DNA from: a virus
Reading direction: 5' to 3' (one strand)
Length of the DNA: 64,000 bases
Virus record (IMG/VR): IMGVR_UViG_3300045988_010396
Coordinates: 32,001-96,000 of that record
Shown here piece after piece: positions 8,714 to 16,929 of this stretch. The notes below the pieces were generated by a model, which did not search any database, had not been told where the DNA came from, and saw only the letters and a program-made list of their open reading frames with translations. The number at the start of each line of letters is the position of its first letter. Within the stretch, counting starts at the first letter, position 1. A program made the position numbers and the translations under genes.

Positions 8714-9007
8714 ATGAGAATTATAGTAGTTTTTATATTTGCTTGCATTAGTCTTATAGCCAGTGCACAGCAATTCAAGCGTGAGGGTAATACCTTTGTG
8801 CAGGATACCACAAAAACTTTCAGAAAGTCTGAGGGTAAGGAGACCAAATACACCTACAAGGATAAGAATAATAAGGTATATCCTATATTCATTACCTCTT
8901 CTGGAGCTGTGTATATAAACAAAATATCAGCAAAGACAGGTAAGGAATACAGAATGTACCTTCCCAAGGGTATCAAGGAAGCTATTGCCAAGGAGATAAA
9001 GCAATGA
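8714..9007 (+). CDS. small secreted Lys-rich protein
   Basis: N-terminal signal-peptide-like segment MRIIVVFIFACISLIASAQ. Confidence 0.4.
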   Translation: MRIIVVFIFACISLIASAQQFKREGNTFVQDTTKTFRKSEGKETKYTYKDKNNKVYPIFITSSGAVYINKISAKTGKEYRMYLPKGIKEAIAKEIKQ

Positions 9008-9099
9008 TTATAACAATATTTGCTTGGCTATTTGTAATAGTTTGGGTATTAAAAATGAAAGACCAATGATAATACTTGGAATTTTAGAGATGATATTCT

Positions 9100-9396
9100 A
9101 TGGTTTTGGTACATTCTTGTTTTGTATCTTGCTATGGCATGTCTTTTTTAACGATAAATAAGATGTCTGAGCTTCTTGTTACAATCCTTAACAAACTAGG
9201 TTTGGGTAAAGGATGTAGAGTATACAACATATCTAACATGAAAAGATACATGTATGATGTGTTTGGAGACTCTATAAAGGTAGATATAATATCTCCTATA
9301 TCTGTCAGTCTTGAAGCAGGTAGTAATAAAATCATTATCACTTATGAGATAGTGAACAGTACGATAAAGAGTCTGACTATTAAAGAGGTGTTATAA
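9100..9396 (+). CDS. hypothetical protein
   Basis: 98-aa ORF. Confidence 0.3.
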   Translation: MVLVHSCFVSCYGMSFLTINKMSELLVTILNKLGLGKGCRVYNISNMKRYMYDVFGDSIKVDIISPISVSLEAGSNKIIITYEIVNSTIKSLTIKEVL

Positions 9397-9403
9397 ATGG
9401 CTC

Positions 9404-9489
9404 ACTCCCTTAGCTCAGTTGGTTCCGCAAGGCTTGAGAGCATCGGACTTTTAATCCGAGGGTCATGGGTTCGAGTCCCATAGGGAGTA
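9404..9489 (+). tRNA. tRNA-Lys (TTT)-like with a roughly 13-nt insertion in the D-loop
   Basis: acceptor ACTCCCT/AGGGAGT, anticodon stem TCGGA/TCCGA, loop CTTTTAA, T-arm ATGGGTTCGAGTCCCAT; D-arm GCTC...GAGC encloses extra CCGCAAGGCTTGA. Confidence 0.55.
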
Positions 9490-9506
9490 CTATTCATTTC
9501 ATTCAA

Positions 9507-9826
9507 GGGGCTGTATTTGGTCTTGACTGGTGGCTACTTGGTATGAGGACATGCAGAGACTGATGGAGAGACATCAAAACTTTAGGTGGCAACAGAATTT
9601 CTGCACCTGTAGCTCTTGCTGCTTAAGCAATCTACTGAGTTAGTCACTGACTTGGAAACAGAATAGTGACAAGACAAGATTTCTTGCATAGATAAATGCA
9701 AGTGGTGGACTATGTTGACAATCCAGTCAACCCCAGCAGAGAACCAACTGCATAATAAAGTGGTAAGCATGTGTAATCCTTATATTGAGAGCTATTAGGA
9801 CAGGGGTTCGACTCCCCTCAGCTCCA
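9507..9826 (+). ncRNA. ssrA: tmRNA (SsrA-like)
   Basis: 5' GGGGCTGTATTTGG...GACTGG and 3' GGACAGGGGTTCGACTCCCCTCAGCTCCA closely match the E. coli ssrA ends; acceptor GGGGCTG/CAGCTCC; internal tag frame GGC AAC AGA ATT TCT GCA CCT GTA GCT CTT GCT GCT TAA = ...NRISAPVALAA*. Confidence 0.8.
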
Positions 9827-9902
9827 GAGGCACGTTGTTAGATACTTCCACGTAGTGTGCCTTGGGTTAAAAGCTAGATTCTAACAAAAAAAAAAAGATT
9901 AT

Positions 9903-10205
9903 ATGTTAATAACAGAAAGAGCAAAAAGGAAAATAAATACTTTATTAGATAGTACTAATGATTGTATAAACTATCCTAAAACTAATAAAGATGGTTATGG
10001 GGATATTCAAGAGATTGTGGAGGGTAAAAAGCTCCACATGTTAGCTCATAGAGTATCTTATCAGTTATATACAGGAGAAGACATATCACCTGATGATATA
10101 ATATGTCATAGATGTGATAATCCTGCTTGTATTAATCCTAGACATTTGTTCAGAGGCACTCACTCAGATAATATTAAAGATAAGGTTTGTACCCATTATT
10201 CATAA
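9903..10205 (+). CDS. HNH homing endonuclease
   Basis: [13 protein letters not shown]...[15 protein letters not shown]...HSDN (HNH_3-type). Confidence 0.7.
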   Translation: MLITERAKRKINTLLDSTNDCINYPKTNKDGYGDIQEIVEGKKLHMLAHRVSYQLYTGEDISPDDIICHRCDNPACINPRHLFRGTHSDNIKDKVCTHYS

Positions 10206-10501
10206 GCGGTCGTAGCATAATTAGCGGTGACGCGGTAGTGGAATCCAATTACGACTATATTGTTTTCAAGAACTGGTGGTCATCAGGAAGATACTTTACA
10301 TGGACTAGAAGCAATGATATGTGGTGTGTTGGATGCTTCTACGGCACGGGCAAGGAGCTAATCGCTAAAGCCTACAAGGACAGCAAGGTGAGTGGTAGAG
10401 AGTATGAGAGAATAGTCAAATATGTAGAGCGGATTAAGAGAGACAGCAAGCCATCTTTGTGGCGGAGAATACTGTTTAATCTTAGCAAGCTCTGCAAATA
10501 G
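10187..10501 (+). CDS. hypothetical protein (possibly frameshifted C-terminal domain of the preceding HNH endonuclease)
   Basis: overlaps the HNH ORF in another frame. Confidence 0.3.
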   Translation: MYPLFISGRSIISGDAVVESNYDYIVFKNWWSSGRYFTWTRSNDMWCVGCFYGTGKELIAKAYKDSKVSGREYERIVKYVERIKRDSKPSLWRRILFNLSKLCK

Positions 10502-10523
10502 TATAAAATTAAACTACATCAGA

Positions 10524-10805
10524 ATGGCAAAGATTGTAAACAATGACAAGGGGTTCAAGGTAATCAGCTTGTCAACAGAGGATGCAGCATCTCTGGGCTT
10601 TGGTATAGATGGCTCAGGTACATGTATATGTATGCATTGTAATAAGGGGTGCCGTAGTGGAGACATCTATTACATTGCAGTGCTTCATGACACTATGTGC
10701 AAGAAGTGCTATGAGAGGTGGATTAAGTCTGCTACAAGGTATGCAGAAGATATACCCATTGAAAATAGGAACTTCAACCACTATAAGGAGTGGCTGTGTC
10801 TGTGA
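10524..10805 (+). CDS. small Cys-rich zinc-binding protein
   Basis: CICMHC...C and CKKC motifs. Confidence 0.4.
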   Translation: MAKIVNNDKGFKVISLSTEDAASLGFGIDGSGTCICMHCNKGCRSGDIYYIAVLHDTMCKKCYERWIKSATRYAEDIPIENRNFNHYKEWLCL

Positions 10806-10943
10806 TTATTCTTATATTGTAGTGTACTATGTATTTCAAAGAAGATGAACCAATAAGAGTGCTTATGACAACACCTCTTCCTGACCCCTACTTATAAGGG
10901 CAGTTATTGGTACTAAAGTTAAATTTATGTTAAAGGTAGGTCA

Positions 10944-10980
10944 TTTGTTTGGTAATATCAAACTTTTGACTTACCTTTGC
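10944..10980 (+). promoter_or_regulatory. candidate Bacteroidetes-type sigma-A promoter upstream of the Ro60 gene
   Basis: TTTG, about 20 nt, then TACCTTTG (-33 TTTG / -7 TAnnTTTG consensus) roughly 26 nt upstream of the ATG at 11006. Confidence 0.4.
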
Positions 10981-11005
10981 GGTGTTCAATTAAACAACAG
11001 AGATT

Positions 11006-12429
11006 ATGTGTTCAAAAGTTAATCCTAACCTAAAGCCTGTACCTAAGTTTGAAAACACTCAACTGGCAGGTGGTTATGGTGCATTAGCTGCCAGGCAGTC
11101 CAATGTAGCATTGCTTAGAAGAGCAGTGCTGGCTAATCTCCTTTGAGAGGATGTAGCATATATGGATGGTGAGAGAGTAGCCAATGAAATACAGAGGTTA
11201 ATACCTCTGTGCCCTGCTGAGGATGTATATAATATAGCTCTTGAAGCTAGGTTAATGCAGAAACTGAGGCATACTCCATTGTTTATAGCAGTGGAAATGT
11301 GCAAGTATCCTGAACATAAGTTATTTGTTAAGGACTTGCTACCAAAGATAGTTACAAGAGCTGATATGCTCACTGACTTCTTGGCTATATATATATATAT
11401 TGGAAGGATGGCAAGCATCCTATCTGTAACCAAGCTAAGAAGGGTCTTGCTCTAGCCTTCCACAACTTCAATGAGTATAAGTTGGCTAAGTATGACAGAG
11501 ATGCTGCTATCAAGCTCAGGGATGTGATGTTCTTGGTACATGCAAAGCCTAGAAACCAGTATGAGCAGGAGTTGTTCAATAAGGTAGCTGAGAGAACTCT
11601 CACACCACCTGAGACATGGGAAGTCATGTTAAGTAGAGGTGATGACAAGAAGGCTACTTGGACTAAGCTCATTACAGAGGGTAAGATTGGAGGTCTGGCT
11701 ATGTTGAGAAACATAGCTAATATGCAGAAGGCCAATGTGGATAGAAGGACTATCCAAGATGGCCTTAAGACACTGAGAAGCTCAATGCTATTACCTCTTG
11801 ACTTCTGGAAGGCTGCTAGAATGAACCCAGCATTTGAGAGAGACATTGAGGATGCTATGATAGAGGCATATAAGAACTTACCTAAACTTCCTGGCAAGAC
11901 ACTATTTATAGTGGATGTATCAGGTTCTATGGGTTTTTTAACCTCTGGTAGCTCTCAGTTCAACAGGATGGACCAAGCTTGTGCTATGGCTATCTTGGCA
12001 GCTAATCAGTGTGAGGACTATGAGCTTGTAGCTACAGCAGGTAATGATGATTCTAAAATAAGTGCCTCAGAGTGGATTGAATATCCAAAGAGAGGTTTTG
12101 CTCTTGCTCCACAGATAATGGATACCAGGCATAGGATTAGTGGTGGAGGTATATTCACCAGGCAGTGCCTAGAGTGGTGTAAGGATAAGTTCAAAGACAA
12201 GAAGTTTGATAGAATTATCATATTCTCAGACTCTCAAGACTGTGACTATCCTGAGAAGAGAGTACCTAAACCATTTGGTACATATAACTATATTGTAGAT
12301 GTATCTGCTCATACAAGAGGAGTGAACTACAAGGGTGTATGGACTGCTGAGGTTTCAGGCTGGTCAGAACATTTCTTGACTTATATTGCAGCTCTTGAGG
12401 GATTGCAGAATAAGTTTGAGGAGCAATAA
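11006..12429 (+). pseudogene. rsr: Ro60 / TROVE-domain plus vWA RNA-binding protein (Rsr-like), interrupted
   Basis: N-terminus ...QLAGGYGAL.. (Ro60 NAGGY motif) runs into an in-frame TGA at 11144-11146; continues in the same frame to 11455; after the (TA)7 tract at 11386-11400 the homologous reading moves to frame 1 (...FHNFNEYKLAKYDRD..VMFLVHAKP like Ro60 ALAVTKYKQRNGW..LLRLSHLKP); AMLRNIANMQKA and vWA MIDAS FIVDVSGSMG match human Ro60 ALLRNLGKMTA / LLAVDVSASM. Confidence 0.8.
11386..11400. repeat. (TA)7 dinucleotide tract at the frame junction inside the Ro60 gene
   Basis: tatatatatatatat; losing one TA unit would join the upstream (frame 2) and downstream (frame 1) TROVE segments. Confidence 0.9.
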
Positions 12430-12580
12430 ATAAAAAGAGCCTATAAGTGAAAGTCAGAGTTACTTCAATATTGGGATATTTTGACACTCTGACAAAGTGT
12501 TCTATAGGCTTTTAAGCTCTTCTATAGTTAGAAAGAGTTTCGAGACCCGATTGCCTTTGATGCATCTCGGGTCTTGCGAT

Positions 12581-12717
12581 GGAGGAGTTAGCTCAGAGGT
12601 TAGAGCAGTTAAACAAGACACTCTACATACTGTTCTCTAGTAATAGTAGTGATTTGTAGAGATACTTCAAGCACTTTCATTGCACAGGTCATAGGTTCGA
12701 GTCCTATACTCCTCCCA
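12581..12717 (+). ncRNA. tRNA-like RNA with about 85-nt insertion in place of the anticodon arm; candidate YrlA/Y-RNA-like tRNA mimic (copy 1)
   Basis: acceptor GGAGGAG/CTCCTCC plus CA, D-arm GCTCAGAGGTTAGAGC, T-arm ATAGGTTCGAGTCCTAT; insertion contains AGTAGTG...ATACTTCAAGC. Confidence 0.6.
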
Positions 12718-12740
12718 ACTTTGTTGGATTTTGTGTGTTT

Positions 12741-12777
12741 TACCTCACTGGTATGTGAATATAGGTGAGGTTTTTAC
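12741..12777 (+). terminator. Rho-independent terminator after Y-RNA-like copy 1
   Basis: ACCTCAC...GTGAGGT hairpin followed by TTTTT. Confidence 0.55.
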
Positions 12778-12780
12778 AAG

Positions 12781-12918
12781 GCGGAGTAGCTAAATGGTTA
12801 AAGCAACACCCTTACAGAATTTATCTGGTAAAGCAGTAGTGGGTTGTCAGGGTTACTTCAAGGTTATAGCATTAGTTTTGGGTGCTAAAGAATGTAAGTT
12901 CGAGTCTTACCTCCGCCA
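12781..12918 (+). ncRNA. tRNA-like RNA with inserted module; candidate YrlA/Y-RNA-like (copy 2)
   Basis: acceptor GGCGGAG/CTCCGCC, D-arm GCTAAATGGTTAAAGC, T-arm GTAAGTTCGAGTCTTAC; anticodon-stem-like CACCC...GGGTG encloses about 66 nt containing GCAGTAGTGGGTTGTCAGGGTTACTTCAAGG. Confidence 0.6.
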
Positions 12919-13127
12919 CTTATTTACCTACCTCACCTAGCATAGTTATACAGGATAAGACCCATTATGATGGAGCACCGATGAAACTATCCTAGCCACG
13001 CTGGTATTGCTATTCAGTGAGTGAGAAAATGAATAGCCTCGAAGCATAGTGGAGATAACGTCAAGGAGTACCATCCTTAGCAGCTATGTAAAATTGGTTG
13101 ACAATCTGGAAAGACAGATAATAAAAT

Positions 13128-13257
13128 GGGGGAGTAGCTAAATTGGTTACTATACTCTTGCTGTTATTCTCTGGAAGCAGTAGTGTTAGCAAAGAGTTAC
13201 TTCAAGCATTCATCTGGTAAATGAAAGTATATTGGTTCGAGTCCAATCTCCCCCGCA
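13128..13257 (+). ncRNA. tRNA-like RNA with inserted module; candidate YrlA/Y-RNA-like (copy 3)
   Basis: acceptor GGGGGAG/CTCCCCC, T-arm ATTGGTTCGAGTCCAAT; insertion GGAAGCAGTAGTGTTAGCAAAGAGTTACTTCAAGC. Confidence 0.55.
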
Positions 13258-13457
13258 AAATAGAGGTTAGTGAATGTTACAGTTACTTCAATTATGATTA
13301 GTATATTGGTTTAACATTCAATCAAGAAAGGAGTAGATTTATTCACAACTTTTTTAACTCAACCCAACTGTGGCAGAGTTGTTCTACCTCTATTAAGAGG
13401 GCTATGGTAGTAATACTATAGTCCTCTTTCTTTTTGAAATTGTGTTAGCTACATATA

Positions 13458-13874
13458 TTGTATTACTTAAAAAAAAAAAGTATGGCAAAAACAAATGAAA
13501 GTGTCGGGAGAGTCGAGGACTTGAAGGCACAAGTGAAGGACCTTCTAGGCTTAGATGCCATGATGGATGAGAGTGTGACTAAGGAAATGAAGGACGAACT
13601 TATCGCTCAGGCTAAGAACAAAGGTGATAAGCACATCGAAGAGGTGATGGACACCATTGAGAAGGCACTTGAGAAGGTTAAGGACCCTGAGTTCAAGGCT
13701 ATCATCGCCTCTATCATATGGACTAAGTGTCCTATAGGTATGCAGAAGTCCTGCATTGAGTTTCACAACAAGCTGTTGTGTGTTGCGATGGCTGCTCATA
13801 TGGATAAGCAGACTAAGGGTAATTCCCTTGCAGGTCTTGCACTGCTGTCAACTGTACTTGGAGATAAGAGATAA
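13458..13874 (+). CDS. hypothetical protein
   Basis: 138-aa ORF, K/E-rich. Confidence 0.4.
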   Translation: MYYLKKKSMAKTNESVGRVEDLKAQVKDLLGLDAMMDESVTKEMKDELIAQAKNKGDKHIEEVMDTIEKALEKVKDPEFKAIIASIIWTKCPIGMQKSCIEFHNKLLCVAMAAHMDKQTKGNSLAGLALLSTVLGDKR

Positions 13875-13880
13875 ACTGAA

Positions 13881-14252
13881 ATGAGTGAAATCAAGGTGAG
13901 TGTCAGTATTACACTACAAGGTGGTGTAATGCTGACCCAAGCTGAGGCTGAACAGCTTGAGAAGAACAAAGTAGGCACTGGTTATGACCTGACTAGAGTC
14001 AAGGTTAAGGACAAGGAGGGTAATGCTGATGTCCTCAACGTGAGAACTAGGAAGTCCAGAACTGCCACACAGACCATAAGCATGTACAAAGAGGCTTATG
14101 AGTACATGACAAGTAAGGATAGCTGTCCTACCAGTATCAAGCAGTATGTATGGGCTAAGATGAAGCCAGTACAGAGATTGGAGGTACATCTTAACTTGGT
14201 ATGTAAGCACCTCGGGGGCATCTCCTACACCTATAAGGTATTTGATGATTGA
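13881..14252 (+). CDS. hypothetical protein
   Basis: 123-aa ORF. Confidence 0.4.
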   Translation: MSEIKVSVSITLQGGVMLTQAEAEQLEKNKVGTGYDLTRVKVKDKEGNADVLNVRTRKSRTATQTISMYKEAYEYMTSKDSCPTSIKQYVWAKMKPVQRLEVHLNLVCKHLGGISYTYKVFDD

Positions 14253-14408
14253 GTAATAACAACATCACTTATACTGTAGAAGTATGAGGTTTCTTGTGGT
14301 ATTAGTGTCCTTATTGGGAGTCATACTCCTGATAAGGACATTTAATAGGTATGGCCCTAATCTTGACTTGGCACAGTCAGGCAGGAAGTACGTTAAACTA
14401 TTTGAGAT

Positions 14409-15128
14409 ATGATAGAATTTGGACTTAAGAGAGTTACAAATGGTAAGAAATCAAGGTTTCTTAAGAAGTTTCCTCGTAAGAGAATACTCCATAGGGGGGA
14501 TGAGAAAGCTGCCTCTTGGTTTAGAAACAACTGGATAGATGATAACTACATATACTTTAAGGGTAACTTGGATAGATTCCTTAAGTCCAATGTAGGAAGA
14601 CCAGTTGATAAGGTATTTTCAGAATTCCTTGACAGGTGTAATAAATCTGCCAGTGTATATAATCTGAGGAAGTGGTTCTATGACATGTTTAAGGAAAAGT
14701 CAGAGATTGGCTGGTCAGGTGGTTTCTATATCACCAATGGCATATTGAACTACAAGAAGAGAACCAAGAAACCTAAGTACAAGTCTTACATCAGCATGTG
14801 TGACTATAACAGGCAGTTAATACCTGATATAGGTGCTCTGTGCAGACAATGTGAGTCAAGTCATCTCAAGCAACCTGTTGGAGAGTTCAGGCTTGCCTAT
14901 AAGGGCCAGAAGAGGGTTTACTTAGTGGAGAGGGAGATATGGTTATCAGACCTAAAGCTACAGTCTCACTATAGGTTATGCTCTATTTATGGAGTGGGCA
15001 AGGGAGTATCCAAGAGTATATTGGATTATCAAGACAAGATGTACAAGGCTACCTATGTATTATGTGACAATCTGGGTTGGTCTGAACTACCTGAGTTTGT
15101 ATTTATTACCAAGATTGAAGAGAAATGA
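14409..15128 (+). CDS. hypothetical protein
   Basis: 239-aa ORF. Confidence 0.45.
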   Translation: MIEFGLKRVTNGKKSRFLKKFPRKRILHRGDEKAASWFRNNWIDDNYIYFKGNLDRFLKSNVGRPVDKVFSEFLDRCNKSASVYNLRKWFYDMFKEKSEIGWSGGFYITNGILNYKKRTKKPKYKSYISMCDYNRQLIPDIGALCRQCESSHLKQPVGEFRLAYKGQKRVYLVEREIWLSDLKLQSHYRLCSIYGVGKGVSKSILDYQDKMYKATYVLCDNLGWSELPEFVFITKIEEK

Positions 15129-15307
15129 AGAAAGGTCTTATACTAGTAGCATTAGTATTATTGTTCATAGTGTTTATGGCTATACTGACAGGTTGTCTTA
15201 GCCTAATATCAGCACCTAACACTATAGAGAACATATTGGGAGTGGTGATACTAGCTGCCACTATGATAACAACGATAAATCTAATCAAGAGTCAAATTCA
15301 AAAATAA
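15125..15307 (+). CDS. small membrane protein
   Basis: 60 aa, two TM helices; start overlaps the previous stop. Confidence 0.35.
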   Translation: MKKGLILVALVLLFIVFMAILTGCLSLISAPNTIENILGVVILAATMITTINLIKSQIQK

Positions 15308-15345
15308 GCTGTAAGTGTTTAACAAATTTAATAATTGAAAGAAAA

Positions 15346-16131
15346 GTGAAAAGTAAATTGATTTTGGGACTTCTGTTCTCGTTTATGATGTTCTCCATGA
15401 CATCCTGTATGGAGAAGGTAGATGCTGGTTGTGAGGGCATCAAGGTGAATCTGTATGGTAGCGATAAGGGAGTAGATGATGCTTCCCTAGTAACTGGTAT
15501 TGTATGGTACAACCCCTGGACCACTACAGTATATGAGTACCCCACCTATGTACAGACCATTGACTATGAGCCATTCACTATCAATGCTAAGGATGGTTCT
15601 GAGTTCACTGTAGACCCTACTGTGTCATTGAAGATTATTGATGGCAAATCACCTGCTGTCTTCAAGAAGTACAGAAAAGAATTGAATGAGGTAATCAAGG
15701 GTACTCTGTATAACTATGTGAAGGATGCCTTTAGAATCCAGTTGAACAAGTTCACCACTGATGACATTGTGAGCAAGAGGGATAGCATTGAGAGTGCTAT
15801 TGAGAGATATTTGACTCAAGCACTTGCCAAAGAGAACTTCCAATTGGAACAGCTCACTTCTGGATTGAAGTACCCCCAAACCATTGTAGAGTCTGTGAAT
15901 GCTAAGAATAAGGCTATACAGCAGGCCATGCAGGTAGAGAATGAGGTCAAGGTAGCAGAGGCCCAAGCCAAGAAGCTCATTGTAGCTGCTGAGGCAGAGA
16001 AGAAAGCCAATGAATTAAGACAACAGGCTCTTACTCCAGCTATTCTTGAGAAGATGTGGATTGAGAAATGGGATGGTAAGCTTCCTGTGTATGGTCAAGT
16101 GCCTACTATATTCAAGGATATTAGTAAGTAA
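15346..16131 (+). CDS. lipoprotein with SPFH/band-7-like domain
   Basis: signal peptide plus Cys (lipobox-like ...MTSCMEK); C-terminal AEAQAKKLIVAAEAEKKANELRQQAL coiled coil after a beta-rich core, as in HflK/C and stomatin. Confidence 0.45.
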   Translation: MKSKLILGLLFSFMMFSMTSCMEKVDAGCEGIKVNLYGSDKGVDDASLVTGIVWYNPWTTTVYEYPTYVQTIDYEPFTINAKDGSEFTVDPTVSLKIIDGKSPAVFKKYRKELNEVIKGTLYNYVKDAFRIQLNKFTTDDIVSKRDSIESAIERYLTQALAKENFQLEQLTSGLKYPQTIVESVNAKNKAIQQAMQVENEVKVAEAQAKKLIVAAEAEKKANELRQQALTPAILEKMWIEKWDGKLPVYGQVPTIFKDISK

Positions 16132-16134
16132 GCT

Positions 16135-16455
16135 ATGGGATGGATTATATTAGGTATTATGTTCCTTGCAGTGACTGTATGGTCACTCAAGGGCACTACC
16201 ATTGTTGAGTACTGCTATAAGGACAAAGTGGATGAACACCATGTTCCTGTGTGGGCACTGCTTATAGCTTTTGTACTTTACTGTGTTCCTTTTATAGGCA
16301 TATTGGTATTCATAGCATATCATGTATGGTTCATTGTATTTGCCTGTACAAAACCACATAATGGGTATGAGTACTATATTATGGAACTGTCAAACAAGAA
16401 CATACTGCATAGGATTCTTGGTGCAATAGTACGTGTGCTTAATAAAACAATCTAG
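16135..16455 (+). CDS. membrane protein
   Basis: 3 predicted TM helices. Confidence 0.4.
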   Translation: MGWIILGIMFLAVTVWSLKGTTIVEYCYKDKVDEHHVPVWALLIAFVLYCVPFIGILVFIAYHVWFIVFACTKPHNGYEYYIMELSNKNILHRILGAIVRVLNKTI

Positions 16456-16927
16456 TATGAAACAAAAGATATTTAACTATATACTACTGTCTTGGATGGT
16501 AATCCTTACAGGATATATTGCCTTAGAGAGTGGGAAAGCCCCTCCTGATGCTGAGTTTGAGCTAAAACTCAATGATAGGGAGATTATGAAAGACTTGGAA
16601 GCTAATGTTACCAATATGCTTGCGGTGTGTGAATACTATGGAGTAAAACATCCTAGGGTAGTCACAGCTCAAGCTATATTGGAGTCAGGTAACTTTGAGT
16701 CCAAATTATTTAAGGAGTATAATAATCCCTTTGGTCTTTACAATAGTAAGAAGAAGGATTACTTCAAGTTCAAGCATTGGACAGATGCTGTAGCAGCCTA
16801 TATCTCTATGGTGGAGTATAGGTATGTTGGAGGTGATTATTATAGATTCCTTGAGGAGCTTCCCTATGCCCAAGACAATAGATATATAGATAAAGTTAGA
16901 ATAATAGAAAGTAATTTGCCCCCGTAG
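16433..16927 (+). CDS. peptidoglycan hydrolase, glucosaminidase (FlgJ-like family) with N-terminal membrane anchor
   Basis: AQAILESGNFESKLFKEYNNPFGLY matches the Glucosaminidase-domain AQAALESGWG...NN.FGIK motif. Confidence 0.6.
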   Translation: MCLIKQSSMKQKIFNYILLSWMVILTGYIALESGKAPPDAEFELKLNDREIMKDLEANVTNMLAVCEYYGVKHPRVVTAQAILESGNFESKLFKEYNNPFGLYNSKKKDYFKFKHWTDAVAAYISMVEYRYVGGDYYRFLEELPYAQDNRYIDKVRIIESNLPP

Positions 16928-16929
16928 AT

